Shown here: positions 53,742 through 63,203 of the stretch, one piece after another
Position numbering within the stretch: position 1 is the first letter of the stretch
Layout: each line of letters starts with the position of its first letter
Source of the DNA: Octopus vulgaris
Lineage: Eukaryota
Direction: 5' to 3'
Length of the DNA: 64,000 bases
Assembly: GCA_951406725.2 (NCBI GenBank)
Contig: OX597832.1
Span: 26,598,001-26,662,000 of the forward strand
Notes under the pieces: model-generated
The model's input: only the letters and a program-made list of their open reading frames with translations
Told to the model about the DNA's origin: nothing
Database searches by the model: none
Translations under genes and position numbers: made by a program

Positions 53742-56700
53742 TATATAAAAAAGTGTTGGTTACACTGAATATCATATCAACTGTTTTTGTATTCATATTA
53801 CTGTCACACCCTCATTGAATTTAATATTCTGGGTTCAGCCTTTGACCCAAATGCAAGGTGCATGTTTTTTGTGAATAATCAACAACCCTGGTTTCTGCTG
53901 CATCTGACGAGCTGTTTCATGCTTTTGTGGTTTTGGCATTATTTATTTTTTTTTAAAGTGTTTTTATTTATACATTTTTGATCCTACCATTCCACATACA
54001 TACATACATACATACATACATACATAGTATACATACACACATATACATACATACATACACACACACATACATACATACACACACATACATACATACACAC
54101 ACACATATACATACATACACACACACACATATACATACATACACACACATACATACACATACATACATACACACATACATACACACACACATACATGCAT
54201 ACATACACACACACATACATACACACACATATACATACATACATACATACACACACATACATACACACATACATACATACAAGCATACATGCATCCATAC
54301 ATACATACATACATACATACACACACATACATACATACATACACACATGCATACATACACACATGCATACATGCATACATACATGCATGCATACATACAT
54401 GCATGCATACACTCATACACACATATATACATACATACATGCACACACACACATACATACACACACATACATACATACATACATACATACGTACACACAA
54501 ATACATACATACACACAAATACATACATACACACATACACACACAGAAACAAATGAGTGAGCATGTAGGGCGGGTTACTAAAGTCACTGTGCCATTTTAT
54601 GCAAACGCTGTCGACATTGTAAACAAATATTCAAATGACGTCAAGCACAGAATCAAACCTGACCACTGAAGCAACATTTGACTTCGCCACAAAATAATGT
54701 TACCTGTGATATGACTGTATTACCATACCAGCTCATACCTGTACAAAGCCTTCACCTGTATATGCAGAGATTTGTCAGGAGAGATTGAGTTTCAAATATT
54801 TCAGATGACTTTCAAGCCCAGAGCATGGTTTAGTGAACAAGTTACAAGGCTTTCTTCCTAACTTCATGGCTTTATGCTCAATCCCCCGGGGTGGTGCTTT
54901 TGGCAAGCGTCTTTTACTAAAGCCCCAGGCTAAATAAGGCCTTGTGGATTTGATAGACAGAAACTGAAAGAAGCTCTAGTATACTCTTTTTTTACTCTTT
55001 TATTTGTTTTAGTCATTTGACTGCGGCCATGCTGGAGCACTGCCTTTAATCGAGCAACTCGACCCCGGGACTTATTCTTTTGTAAGCCCAGTACTTATTC
55101 TATCGGTCTCTTTTGCCGAACTGCTAAGTAACGGGGACATAAACACACCAGCATCGGTTGTCAAGCAATGCTAGGGGGACAAACACAGACATACAAACAC
55201 ACACATGAATATATATATATATACATATATACGATGGGCTTCTTTCAGTTTCCGTCTACCAAATTCACTCACAAGGCTTTGGGCGGCCAGAGGTTATAGT
55301 AGAAGACACTTGCCCAAGGTGCCACGCAGTGGGACTGAACCCGGAACCATGTGGTTGGTAAACAAGCTACTTACCACATAGCTACTCCTGCGCCTATTAT
55401 ACATACATAAATATATGATGAGTGTGTATCCCATTACTTGAAAACTGGTGTTGGTTTATATTATTTACATTTGATGGATATTTGTCCTCATCTTGTTTGT
55501 TGTTAACACAATATTTCGGCTGATATACCCTCCAGCCTTCATCAGGTGTCTTGGGGAAATTTCGAACCTGGGTTCTCATTCCTAAGGTATTTTTCAATGT
55601 TATCATCATCATTATTATCGTTATTCAGGTCACTGCCTGGAATCGAACTCGAAATCTTGGGGTTAAAAGCCTGTGCTCTTAACCACTACACCATATGCCC
55701 ACAGGCATATGGCATAGTGGTTAAGAGTGCAGGCCACTAACCCCAAGATTCCAAGTTCAATTCCAGGCAGTGACCTGAATAATAATGATGATGATGATGA
55801 TGATATCAAAAAATACCTTAGGAATGAGAATCCAGGTTCGAAATTTCCCCAAGACACCTGATGAAGGTTGAAGGGTATATCAGCCAAAACGTTGTGTTAA
55901 CAACAAGATGAGGACAAATATCGTCAATTGTAAATAATATACATAATTCCTCATCTCTTAAATATAGAACTGGTGTTGGTTTGTTTATATCCCAGCAACT
56001 TAGAAGTTAAAAAAAAAACAGAATAAAGTATGGATTCTGCCAGGCCAGAGAAGAAACAAACCCTGCAGGATAACAAGCCCTTGCCAAGCAACAGAAAGAT
56101 AAAAACCTTTGTTGGTTAACCCAACAACTACTAACAGGATACAGGTTTTCATTTCAGACCAGATATGGGAAGATGTGTTGTTTGGTCAGTTCTGAATGGT
56201 CAGATAATTACCAAAGGCATTCCATGGCATTTGCTTTTTTAGTCTATATAGAATTACATTATCCTATCTGTCCTTCCATTTTTCAGATGGTAAGATATGA
56301 TAAAAGTGAGATTTGACTGCTATTACAAACATTGAACATTAGTCTGTGGGGAAGGACTTTTTTTAACAACAAGATGTTAAATGACTGTAAAGCATTTAAC
56401 AACAGTGAGACATTAAGAACGACGGTGTGTTAATGATGGCAAAGCATTAATGACGGTGTGAGGTATTTAACGACAGTGAGATGTTAAATGACAGGGAGGC
56501 ACGTGACGACAGTGAGGTGTTTGACAATAGTGAGGCATTAACAGCAGCAATGTATAAATGACAGCAGTATGTCAACGACAGTGAAGTGTTAATGACGGTG
56601 AAGTGTTTTCCAACAGAAAGTCATTAACAACGGAAGTGTGTTAAAGACAGCAGTACATCAATGACGGTAAGGCGTTAATGACGGTGAGGCGTTAATGACG

Positions 56701-58457
56701 GTGAGGTGTTTATCAATAGGTGCTAACAACAGAGAGGTATTTAATAATGGTTCAGCTGGACACACAGACAAAAGTTTTGGTGAAGAGGCATCATCTGAAT
56801 TGAATCAACCACCGTATATTACCGGTACTTATTTTGACTGAAGTTCTACCCTGATAAAAGATTGTCATAAAAGTTAGTAAGCTAAAGACCAGAAATATTT
56901 ATTCTCTAAAAGACATCAGTTATTTCACAAATAAAGGTGAAAGAAGACAGGAGGGGAAGAAAGGGGTGAGCGAGAGAGAGAGAGAGAGAGAGAGAAGTGT
57001 GAATGAGGCAAAAATACAAATACATAAAAAAAGCTTGTTTGGTCTTCTGCTCCCCACAATTAAAGAATTAAGGATTAAGTTTGGTTAATAAGAAACCTGG
57101 GAGTAGATTATACAGAAATCTAAGTCACACACACACACACACAAACATATAAAGCATTAAAAAAAAATAAAGTTGCAACAGAAAGAATTGTTTGAAACAG
57201 CTTAGTGAAATAAAATATATACACCCTCTATTGTTTAGAATATACGCATACACAGATGTGTAAAATGTATATATTTATTTACTTATTTTAACTTAAAAGA
57301 GAAAAAAAAAACTGTTTTCTCTTGTTTTTTTTCTTGTCTTTTACGGATTGCAGATGAATAGAAGAGTTGTGTTGTTGCAGAGGGTGAAGTTGAAAGAGGC
57401 AAAGATTAAAACTGTGGGGCCCAGGAGGGGAAAGGGAAAGTGGGTGGGAACTGACCAGATTAGAATTTAATCTCCATACTTTAAAAAAAAAAAAAAGCAA
57501 AATATCTGCATAAAAAGCATTCCTTGTTGTCGTACCCTCACTCATCTATTTTCAACAACCTACATTGTACAAACGGTGGCTGCTGGTGGTGATGATGATG
57601 ATGATGAGTATAAAATATCACTAAATAGACGAAAGCAACAATTTCCGCCTATAGCCAACAATACCATATTGTTGCTGTTTGTTTGTTTTTTGTGTTATTT
57701 TTTGTATTTTTTTTTGTTATTTGTGTTGTTTTTTTTTTTGGTTATTTGTGTTGTTTAATCTTGTCTCCAGCACCAGCAGTAAAAATACTCAAATGTGATT
57801 GGTCGGAAAAAAATCAGAAACTGTGATGTGGGGGGGAGAGGAAGGAGGGGTGGGGTGGTGGAAACATTTCCAACCTACATTCCATCAGTGTCATATGTCA
57901 TAATAAACCAAAAATAATTCACAACAACACGCAAGGATGTATCTCAGTCGACACACGATTCATAAAGAAAATATTTTTCAAAAAAAAATTAATTTTTTTT
58001 TTTTTATAATTATGTGAAAGCAAAAAAAAATAGATGCAGAATTTAAATGTTGAACAAACGCGAGGGACACAAGACAAACGAGACAGACAGACAGACATTG
58101 AACGTGCCAATGGGAGTTGCTTCTGTGGAGTCACTCCACTAGCTAGACATAGCAACGAAATCTTTGAAATCACATTTTATGTTTAAAGCAGTAAAAAGAT
58201 TCATTAGATAATGTAGTCCGAGGTACACTGTGACAGAATCAAAAAAAAAAATAAAAAATTAAAAAAAAAGATGGGACAGTCACAGCTGAAACACCTTTGG
58301 TTTTGGACTATAGGTCTGCTGAAGAAGTATGACCCGGGGTTATATGACCTCATCACCACCACCACCACCACCACTATGGGACGTTTTGGCTCAGCTGTTG
58401 TGGTGCCGCCTATTTGGCACTCCTGATTCAGCTATTTAATTCACAGGCATTTTAATG

Positions 58458-58488
<31 letters not shown>

Positions 58489-61400
58489 TTCTGTATTTAT
58501 GCTTGTGAATTAATTTTTCTTTATGTGTATCAGGAGAGAGAAAGTGTTTGTCAATCACATTCAATTAAACCTTTGTGATTCAGATTACTTTGTCAAATTC
58601 AATGCTTATTTATTCAAATTGTTTTAATTTTATCCTGCATTATATTATGGCTTCACAAATTCAATGTGGAGATTGTTTATTTTTAGAATGACATTTTAGC
58701 GTAGGTGTGAGATGTCAGGGCTGGCTGGTTTCAATGTAAAATAGGTAGAATATTTGGGATGAATATGACCAATTTAACCTTTCTGTTACCAACCCGGCTG
58801 AAACTAGCTCTGAGTCCAAATGTCTTGTTTTCATAAGTTTTGAATTGAAATCTTCCACCAAACCTTAGTCACAATTTATGTTCCCAACACTAGCTGAATG
58901 GTAACTAAGTTATTTTTATTAAATTCTTTGTTATATCTAAACTTAATAGAAAGAAATACAGAACATCTCAAAATAAATACGGTAATGAAAGGGTTAATAT
59001 CACAACAAAATACTAGAGATAATTTATCACAAGATAATAGGGGCTAATTTATCAGTCAGTTTTTACATATAGACCCCTTTGATTCCTATTTTGCTCGGGT
59101 GGACCCTTATAGCCATTTGAGGTTTAAAAAATCTTCCATTAATTAAATATTATTAGGAATTATTTAACCCTTTCATTACCAAAACGGCTGAAACCGGTTC
59201 TGGCTCTGAGTACAAATGTCTTGTTTTCATAAGTTTTGAATTAAAATCTTCCTCCAAATCTTAGTCACAATTTATGTTCTTAACACAAGCTTAATGATAA
59301 CTGAGTTATTTTACTAAATTCTTTGTTTATATTTAAAATTAATTGAAAGAAACACAGAGCATCACAACAGAAATACAGTAACGAAAGGGTTAAATGCTAA
59401 AGGGGTTAATAAATTGGACCATCTCACCCTCTCTCTCTCATTCTGTCTGTATGTATATATTTATGTGTGTATACACACATGCATGTGTGCAAAAATATAC
59501 ATGCAAGTGTGTGTGTGTTTGCTTCCAGTACCAAACTGTGGTCAGCAAAACGAGCTGAAACACCAGTGAGCCATGCCAAAAATTCAGCTTCAAAACAGCT
59601 GAGCCAAACTGTCTCATTCTGCACCACCACCACCACCACCGATACTACTATTACTACTACTACTACGACAACCAAAATGAACACCAACAACCAAATCTCC
59701 CTCAAATCACAGACAAAAGGAGGACATACTGAAGAAAGCAATTCAATATTAGGGTCTGAAAATAAAAACTCAGATAGGATGGTTATGAGCGGAGCGGAAC
59801 ACGTGTGAAGAAGGATTCTGCTGAAGCAAGTCTAAAACATGGACAACAAACGAAAATGGTAAACAACGTAGCACTTACCCGATTCATGGTGTCTTCCACT
59901 ATTTTCTTGCGCTTGTCCACTTTGGTGGAAATTGTGCTGCTGCTGCCTTGGACGTTCATCTCCGTCTCTGCCTTGTTTGCCATTTCCCGAGCCTTTTCGT
60001 TTTCTTGTTTGCTTTTGTAGAACAACGACTGAGCCTTGCGCAAGTTGGAGATGGATTCTTGCTGAAAAGGGGAATAAACAGAAGAAGGCTTTCATCTTTT
60101 ACTTGTTCTGGTCATTAGGCTGTGGCCAAGCTGGGGCACTGCCTTGAAGGGTTTACTCTTTTACTTGTTTCAGTCATTTGACTGAGGCCATGCTGGAGCA
60201 CCGCCTTTAGTCAAACAGATCGACCCCGGGACTTATTCTTTGGAAGCCTAGTACTTATTCTATCGGTCTCTTTTGCCAAACCGCTAAGTTACGGGGATGT
60301 AAACACACCAGCATCGGTTGTCAAGCAATGTCAGGGGTACAAACACAGACACACAAACATATACACACACATACCTATATGGCTTCCTTCAGTTTCCGTC
60401 TACCAAATCCACTCACAAGGCTTTGGACGGCCCGAGGCTATAGCAGAAGACACTTGCCCAAGGTGCCACGCAGTGTGACTGAACCCAGAACCATGTGGTT
60501 GGTAGGCAAGTTACTTACCACACAGCCACTCCTTTAGTCAAACAAATTAACCCCAGAATTTTATTATTATTATTTGGTTCCTTTTTAATTGGTCTCTTTT
60601 GCCGAACAAGCTACACAGACAAAAACCAACACTGACTGTCAAGTTGTGATACGATGGGGAGTGGGGTGGGGTGGGGTGAGGGGCACGAGGGCGATGACAA
60701 ACGCAAACACACAATGGGCTTCCACAAAGTTTCTACTGACCAAGTTCACTCGCAAGGGGTTGGGGTCAGCCAAGGACAATAGTAGAAGACACTGGTTGAA
60801 AATGCAGTACGGTGGGATTGAACCCAGAATCATGTGGGTGCAAAGTAAGTGCTTTAACTAGACACCCATGCCCACACCTATTACACACCCATTTCTAATA
60901 GGCTTCTACACCATTCCTGTTTACCGAATTTCATTCACATGGGTTTTCTTTTTGCTTTTTTGACTTGATGCCATGAGAGAAGACCCTTTATACAAGGTAC
61001 CACACAAAGGGCTTGAACACACAACCACCTGATTGTCAAGTAGATTTCATACCCATACAGCCATGTCTGTGCCCATATCTTTTATTTTTCACTTGTTTCA
61101 GGCATTGAACTGCGACCATGCTGGGGCACTGCCTTGAAGGGTTTTAATTGAAGAAATCAACCCCAAGACTAAATCAAATCTTTTTAAAGCCTGGTCCTTA
61201 TTCTATCAGTCCCTTTCACTGTACCGCAAAGTTACAGGGACACAAACAAACCAACAACGATTGTCAAGCAGTGGTGGAACACACACACACACACACAGAG
61301 GCTTCTTTCAGTTTCTATCTACCAAATCCACCCACAAGGCTTTGGTTGGTCCAAGGCTATAGTAGATGTCACTTGCCCAAGGTGCCATGCAGTGGGATTG

Positions 61401-63203
61401 AACCCAAAGTCCATGAATTTGGGAAGTAAACTTCTTACCACACAGCCACGCCTGTTACCTTCAAACAGAATTCCAAAATACAAAAAACAATCAAGAAGAA
61501 CTTACCATTTTCTTCACTTCTCGGTTCCAAGACTCTTTAATATTTTTCCTTATTTTATCATGTTCAGCTCGTCGTGTAGCAAGTGGCTAGAAATAGCAGC
61601 AACAGACAGACAATAAGAAGGACTTCACTGAACAGTCAAATTGTAACTTGTTCACAGATTTCTTGTTAAAGGAAAAAATTCAGAGCAATTTAGGTTTAAA
61701 GTTTTCTGATTAACAATTGTACCTTAAAAAAAAAAAAAAGACTCCGCCGGTTACGACGACGAGGGTCCCAGCTGATACGATCAACGGAACAGCTTGCTCG
61801 TGAAATTAACGTGCAAATGGCTGAGCATTCCACAGACACGTGTACCCTTAACGTAGTTCTCGGGGATAATCAGCGTGACACAGAGAGTGACAAGGCTGAC
61901 CCTTTGAAATACAAGTACAACTCATTTTTGCCAGTTGAGTGGACTGGAGCAATGTGAAATAAAGTGTCTTGCTCAAGGACACAACGCGTCGCCGGGAATC
62001 GAACTCACAACCTTATGATCATGAGCCGAATGCCCTAACCACTAAGCCACACGCCCTCACTTAACAATTGTACCTAGAGAGAGAACATTTCCATTTATTA
62101 CAATATTTACGCCATCTAGATGGAAAGAATCTTGGGGAGAGCATAACAGTAGGTGGTCCTCAGAGGAGAAACCCCCTTTAGTCAACTGTTTCGGCCCTTA
62201 ACTCCTGACACTCTAGGGAGGGGAGGGCCACATCTGAGTCATGACTCCTGGGTGTCCACCTGCTGTCCGTTTTAGTACGCCTTAAGTAGGAATGGTTTCT
62301 CTGGTTTCTAGCACTGTCAGATTGGTGTAGTCATGTAGGCCTGTGCCTCTAGAGCCAGCAATCCAGGTTCAAATCCAACTGGGACCGCAAGAAAAAAGAA
62401 CCCTCACACTTGGGCTGTCTGAGCACTCGCCAGTGTACCCAGGTGGAAACGGGTACTTAGCTCTTCTCAGGGTAGCAGCATACTCCCAACCACATGGTTT
62501 CAGGTTCAGTCCCACTGTGTGACATTTTGGGCAAGCATTTTCCAATATAGCCCCAGGCTAACCAAAGTCTTTGGTTTCACATTTCTCAGGAACCTCTAAA
62601 CAATAGCTCAATTTAAAAGAAACAGCTGACTCTCTTTCAAGTGAACTTTCTTAGAAACCTTTACACAGTAGCTCAAGTTGCAAGAAATAGTAGCCAAATC
62701 TTCATCAGACTCTTTTAGTTTTGCAACTTTTTGGTTTTACTCTTCTTAAAAACCTTTACACAATAACTCAAACTACAAAAAATAGTAGCCACATATTCCT
62801 CAAATAATCCCCTTTGGTTTCACATTTTTTTTTTTACAATTCTTAGGAACCTATACACAATAGCTCAGACTATAAGAAATAGTAGCTAAATCTCCCTCCA
62901 GTGAATGCTTTTGGTCTAACTTTTCTTTTAAACACAATCTTGTTTTCTGCCAACTAACAACCTTATAATTTATGAAGAGAACAAAATAATTATTAATTAT
63001 ACAAATAACGATTTTATTGATTCAAAATTTCAAACTGAAAGAAAGAAAAATATGAACTTAATCTCAATTATTTCTTGCAGAATAAGCAAAGTTCTACAAG
63101 TATGGTAAATGATAAACTAATTCCAAAATTGACTAACCCGAATGAACTTGTCTGTCTGTAATTGTGTTTGAGTTTTCTGGCAAGAAGCGGCATAATCCAT
63201 GTC
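11685..63203 (-). CDS. ARHGAP45: F-BAR + RhoGAP domain protein, ARHGAP29/ARHGAP45/GMIP family; spliced gene model, 5' end outside the window
   Basis: Twenty exons splice at GT-AG sites with continuous phase into F-BAR helices (DKFIRPLATRRAEHDKIRKNIKESW...LCDETIKNVTVEYF...SKQYTPASKYAEYV), a Ser-rich linker and a RhoGAP domain (GIYRVSG, LKMYLRQLPEPLL, NQMNASNLGIVFGPTLLRP). Which vertebrate paralogue it is closest to cannot be resolved here. Confidence 0.9.
12865..13175. mobile_element. Inverted-repeat (Penelope-like) element; related copy at about 27310-27510
   Basis: Arms of about 135 bp; ctattgaaaag GTTGC aagac GCAAC aaaaatttt resembles the hammerhead stem II architecture. Confidence 0.55.
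13547..13765. mobile_element. hAT (Charlie-like) MITE with 8-bp TSD
   Basis: CAGTGGTTTTCAA...TTGAAAAGCACTG TIRs; GTCTAACC duplicated at 13539 and 13766. Confidence 0.88.
14275..14690 (-). mobile_element. tRNA-derived SINE, family B (also 1-100, 20208-20370 +, 21450-21830, 24255-24560, 39790-39930 +, 54990-55395, 60155-60532, 61085-61450)
   Basis: gtggctgtgtggtaag...ggttcagtcccactgcgtggcaccttgggcaagtgtcttct head and a conserved tail. Confidence 0.88.
16237..16438 (-). CDS. Thr-rich C-terminal exon: SFAVSSALPVSVADNAS(T)n...SHDPISS
   Basis: atttcaag/TCA acceptor, TCTG/gtgagt donor, 202 nt, open in phase 0. Confidence 0.62.
16845..17600. repeat. Compound (GT)n-derived repeat (gtgtctgtgcgtgagt)
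   Basis: Direct inspection. Confidence 0.92.
18165..18565. mobile_element. Putative DNA-transposon relic; internal 210 bp repeated at about 18925-19140
   Basis: gggtaggca / tgcctaccc subterminal inverted motifs; inserted in (TA)n. Confidence 0.5.
19675..19910. mobile_element. Tc1/mariner-type MITE
   Basis: TIRs of about 28 bp, cagggtggcccaaaagtaggtttacagtt / aactgtaaacctactttttggccaccct, with TA flanks. Confidence 0.8.
20568..20622 (-). CDS. C-terminal exon: KSGGSQEESPTLEQLVSE
   Basis: tatttag/A acceptor, GAG/gtaagc donor, 55 nt, phase 2 to 0. Confidence 0.78.
22043..22094 (-). CDS. C-terminal exon: (S)TTAKEKHERVPSTKSS
   Basis: ttattcaag/GT acceptor, AA/gtaaga donor, 52 nt, phase 1 to 2 bridges its neighbours. 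Confidence 0.72.
23231..23279 (-). CDS. RhoGAP gene exon: ELFGEKTETVIIPSQE
   Basis: ttctgcag/GAA acceptor, A/gtaaga donor, 49 nt. Confidence 0.85.
24051..24129 (-). CDS. RhoGAP end exon: EGTPLSSLVDTYYQTMSVELLIKHSD
   Basis: tttacag/T acceptor, GAT/gtaagt donor, 79 nt; LSSLVD...Q...VE.LI motif of the family. Confidence 0.92.
24979..25207 (+). mobile_element. piggyBac-like MITE family 2 (other copies about 22540-22726, 45731-45957 reverse, 58565-59409)
   Basis: TTAA-CC(C/T)TTTAGCATT...AATGC(T/A)AAAGGGTTAA termini and a shared internal sequence. Confidence 0.75.
25285..25365 (-). CDS. RhoGAP exon: VSKESDENQMNASNLGIVFGPTLLRP
   Basis: ttttcag/A acceptor, TA/gtaagt donor, 81 nt; canonical N.M...NLGIVFGPTL motif. 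Confidence 0.96.
26505..26640. repeat. (GAT/GAC)n microsatellite
   Basis: Direct inspection. Confidence 0.92.
26663..26781 (-). CDS. RhoGAP exon: EINAGTISGEKIIDKLKELIGQLPPANYKTTSLLISHLR
   Basis: atttcag/GAA acceptor, CA/gtaagt donor, 119 nt; LP..N...L..HL motif. Confidence 0.93.
26874..27182 (+). pseudogene. Degenerate Tc1/mariner transposase C-terminal fragment
   Basis: CNPMG..YVWSTVEKDT...SKAELVVKIKEVFEDIPRED..RF.RHLEAVMDAE resembles the SPDLNPLDYYVW...RF..RLEAV..AEG tail; catalytic motif decayed and partly duplicated. Confidence 0.8.
27913..27969 (-). CDS. RhoGAP exon: LPEPLLTFDAYGGFIQTAK
   Basis: cttccag/CTT acceptor, AAA/gtaagt donor, 57 nt. Confidence 0.95.
28640..28738. repeat. (GAA)n microsatellite
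   Basis: Direct inspection. Confidence 0.9.
28800..28937 (-). CDS. RhoGAP arginine-finger exon: GIYRVSGVKSKVESLCKQFEADPDGVDLEQQHPNVITSVLKMYLRQ
   Basis: cttcag/GGT acceptor, CAG/gtaagt donor, 138 nt; catalytic GIYR motif. Confidence 0.96.
29446..29586 (-). CDS. RhoGAP domain start exon: LHQTFLGKHCHTFGVNLEDHLKTFNTDVPHIIKKCLGEIERKGITIK
   Basis: gttccag/TTA acceptor, AAG/gtgaga donor, 141 nt; FGV.L and VP.II.KC..EIE.G motifs. Confidence 0.93.
30112..30241 (+). other. Inverted duplicate of RhoGAP exon 27913-27968 plus 74 nt of downstream intron
   Basis: 56/56 identity to the exon, 7-nt deletion of GTAAGTT, then 7 substitutions in 74 nt. Confidence 0.95.
31602..31648 (-). CDS. RhoGAP gene exon: (S)QTKSQKASDTSSGVK
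   Basis: ttattatag/GT acceptor, AAA/gtaagt donor, 47 nt; converts phase 1 to 0 as required. Confidence 0.75.
31651..31940. repeat. (AAT)n(GAA)n microsatellite abutting an exon acceptor
   Basis: Direct inspection. Confidence 0.95.
32996..33175 (-). CDS. RhoGAP gene exon (Ser-rich linker): SRGSNIKEWSSGDLASDSDSTPSAESSPPVSPRGP...LEDLVHGDGEDSEY
   Basis: ccctctag/GA acceptor, A/gtaagt donor, 180 nt, phase 1-1, open frame. Confidence 0.85.
33964..34173 (+). pseudogene. Degenerate LINE C-terminal C2H2 zinc-finger fragment
   Basis: FQCNLCQKVCKSNGCLKRHFKIC and a second decayed finger; no splice signals. Confidence 0.55.
34517..34632 (-). CDS. RhoGAP gene exon (linker): PDDKKPYVTNSPSYSSEAPSQEGSPSCYDITDGTHGNS
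   Basis: catttag/A acceptor, G/gtatgt donor, 116 nt, phase 2 to 1 fits both neighbours. Confidence 0.82.
34915..35362 (-). mobile_element. SINE/LINE-tail family with (GAT)n end (also 3800-4025, 14018-14267, 15480-15667, 25460-25785, 30375-30615, 32287-32570, 32772-32940, 63730-64000)
   Basis: Shared gagtggttggcgttaggaagggcatccagc...ccaacccatgctagcatggaaa..cgttaaacgatgat with internal gtgccaccggcac repeats. Confidence 0.8.
35398..35780 (+). pseudogene. RTE-type LINE reverse transcriptase fragment
   Basis: EEFKTGCPWELLYTGDLVHIAESLPELRQKFQVWKQGLESKVLRVNLANTKVLV (degenerate YADD) followed by a frameshifted Cys-rich segment. Confidence 0.85.
36145..36278 (-). CDS. RhoGAP gene exon: FKRLSESSKQYTPASKYAEYVRRLPSNGAHQIEEEVFKPYIPTT
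   Basis: ccaacag/TTC acceptor, AA/gtgagt donor, 134 nt, ends in phase 2. Confidence 0.88.
36705..37120 (+). mobile_element. MetaSINE-like SINE with tandem body (also 12075-12275 +, 23550-23785 -, 29095-29250 -, 30600-31295 -, 34310-34460 -, 40010-40240 +)
   Basis: GCCTTTCATCCTTTCGGGGTCGATAAATTAAGTACCAG core after a GAGTTCAAATTC B box. Confidence 0.8.
37903..37959 (-). CDS. RhoGAP gene exon: VTVEYFDLLHNMTASVPLQ
   Basis: ttttgcag/GTA acceptor, CAG/gtaaat donor, 57 nt. Confidence 0.88.
38224..38283 (-). CDS. RhoGAP gene exon (F-BAR): GHLLSKVYEQILLCDETIKN
   Basis: tttccag/GGG acceptor, AAT/gtgagt donor, 60 nt; CD.T.K motif. Confidence 0.88.
38400..38797. repeat. (CA/TA)n compound microsatellite
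   Basis: Direct inspection. Confidence 0.93.
38934..39137. repeat. Imperfect fold-back palindrome
   Basis: tatggaaaggtatcccata / tatgggatacctttccata and gttaaaaatggagaaga / tcttctccatttttaac arms. Confidence 0.8.
39180..39572 (-). mobile_element. Non-autonomous Helitron-like element
   Basis: Minus strand starts (ta)n-aaaattcgttttgtctgtctgtgtg and ends with a gcacc...ggtgc hairpin before ctat. Confidence 0.5.
40252..40329 (-). CDS. RhoGAP gene exon (F-BAR): AYETEHSYRAHIDETNAKHKELDKIK
   Basis: ttcttatag/GCT acceptor, AAG/gtttgt donor, 78 nt, phase 0-0; fills the expected F-BAR helix. Confidence 0.85.
42160..42199 (-). ncRNA. Variant minimal hammerhead motif (Penelope-like end)
   Basis: TCTTT CTGTTGA A GAGC gtag GCTC GAAACATA AAAGA; CUGUUGA core variant. 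Confidence 0.5.
44172..44560. mobile_element. Inverted-repeat element with a mosaic spacer
   Basis: Arms at 44172-44300 and 44429-44560; GTCGC..GCGAC GAAA stem. Confidence 0.6.
47458..47812. repeat. AT-rich fold-back palindrome
   Basis: acaccttttatcaattcaataatgaaaaattaaatta.. is mirrored at 47765-47810; arms of about 150 bp. Confidence 0.8.
48836..49571 (+). mobile_element. piggyBac-like MITE with its 5' half amplified as five 127-bp tandem units
   Basis: TTAA-CCCTTTCG...CGAAAGGG-TTAA termini; units start at 48836, 48963, 49090, 49217 and 49344. Confidence 0.85.
49767..49994 (+). mobile_element. piggyBac-like MITE nested in a hAT-like MITE (about 49646-50162)
   Basis: TTAA-bounded copy of about 225 bp; host ends cagtggccgtcaacc... 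and ...ggttgagaaccgctg. Confidence 0.75.
53992..54545. repeat. (CATA/CA)n compound microsatellite
   Basis: Direct inspection. Confidence 0.93.
55458..55972. mobile_element. Inverted head-to-head dimer of a tRNA-head + hammerhead element with flanking direct repeat
   Basis: Arms meet at ccatatgcc-caca-ggcatatgg (about 55702); A/B-box-like heads; hammerhead motifs at about 55505-55550 (-) and 55853-55898 (+); AACTGGTGTTGGTTT at 55443 and 55968. Confidence 0.8.
55505..55550 (-). ncRNA. Minimal type I hammerhead ribozyme motif
   Basis: GACAC CUGAUGA A GGCUG(gaggguauau)CAGCC GAAA UAUU GUGUU: intact core boxes, stem I, stem II and a palindromic short stem III. Confidence 0.7.
56365..56750. repeat. 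Degenerate 17-20 bp tandem repeat (ttaatgacggtgaggcg)
   Basis: About 20 decayed units. Confidence 0.7.
58774..59393 (+). mobile_element. Compound piggyBac-MITE unit (MITE-spacer-MITE) inserted at TTAA inside another MITE (58565-59409)
   Basis: Near copy of 49344-49994; TTAA at both ends; the host MITE resumes with atgctaaaggggttaa. Confidence 0.8.
59879..60061 (-). CDS. RhoGAP gene exon (F-BAR): QESISNLRKAQSLFYKSKQENEKAREM...VDKRKKIVEDTMNR
   Basis: tttcag/CAA acceptor, CGG/gtaagt donor, 183 nt, coiled-coil character. Confidence 0.92.
61506..61586 (-). CDS. RhoGAP gene exon (F-BAR): PLATRRAEHDKIRKNIKESWNREVKKM
   Basis: tttctag/CCA acceptor, ATG/gtaagt donor, 81 nt; resembles the family PL..RR.EH.K.RK.IKE.W motif. 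Confidence 0.92.
61742..62060 (-). mobile_element. tRNA-derived SINE, family C (also 9363-9690 +, 9727-10017 -, 33275-33595 +, 63313-63612 -)
   Basis: tggcttagtggttagggc...gagttcgattcc head and cttgagcaagacactttatttcac core. Confidence 0.8.
63138..63203 (-). CDS. RhoGAP gene exon (F-BAR): DMDYAASCQKTQTQLQTDKFIR
   Basis: ttctcaag/GAC acceptor, CGG/gttagt donor, 66 nt, phase 0-0; joins in frame to PLATRR. Confidence 0.85.

Noticed and set aside
54610-54760. CRE (TGACGTCA) plus forkhead motif and a 17-nt AG..GT segment
   Set aside because: Short motifs expected by chance; the segment would shift frame and has no support.
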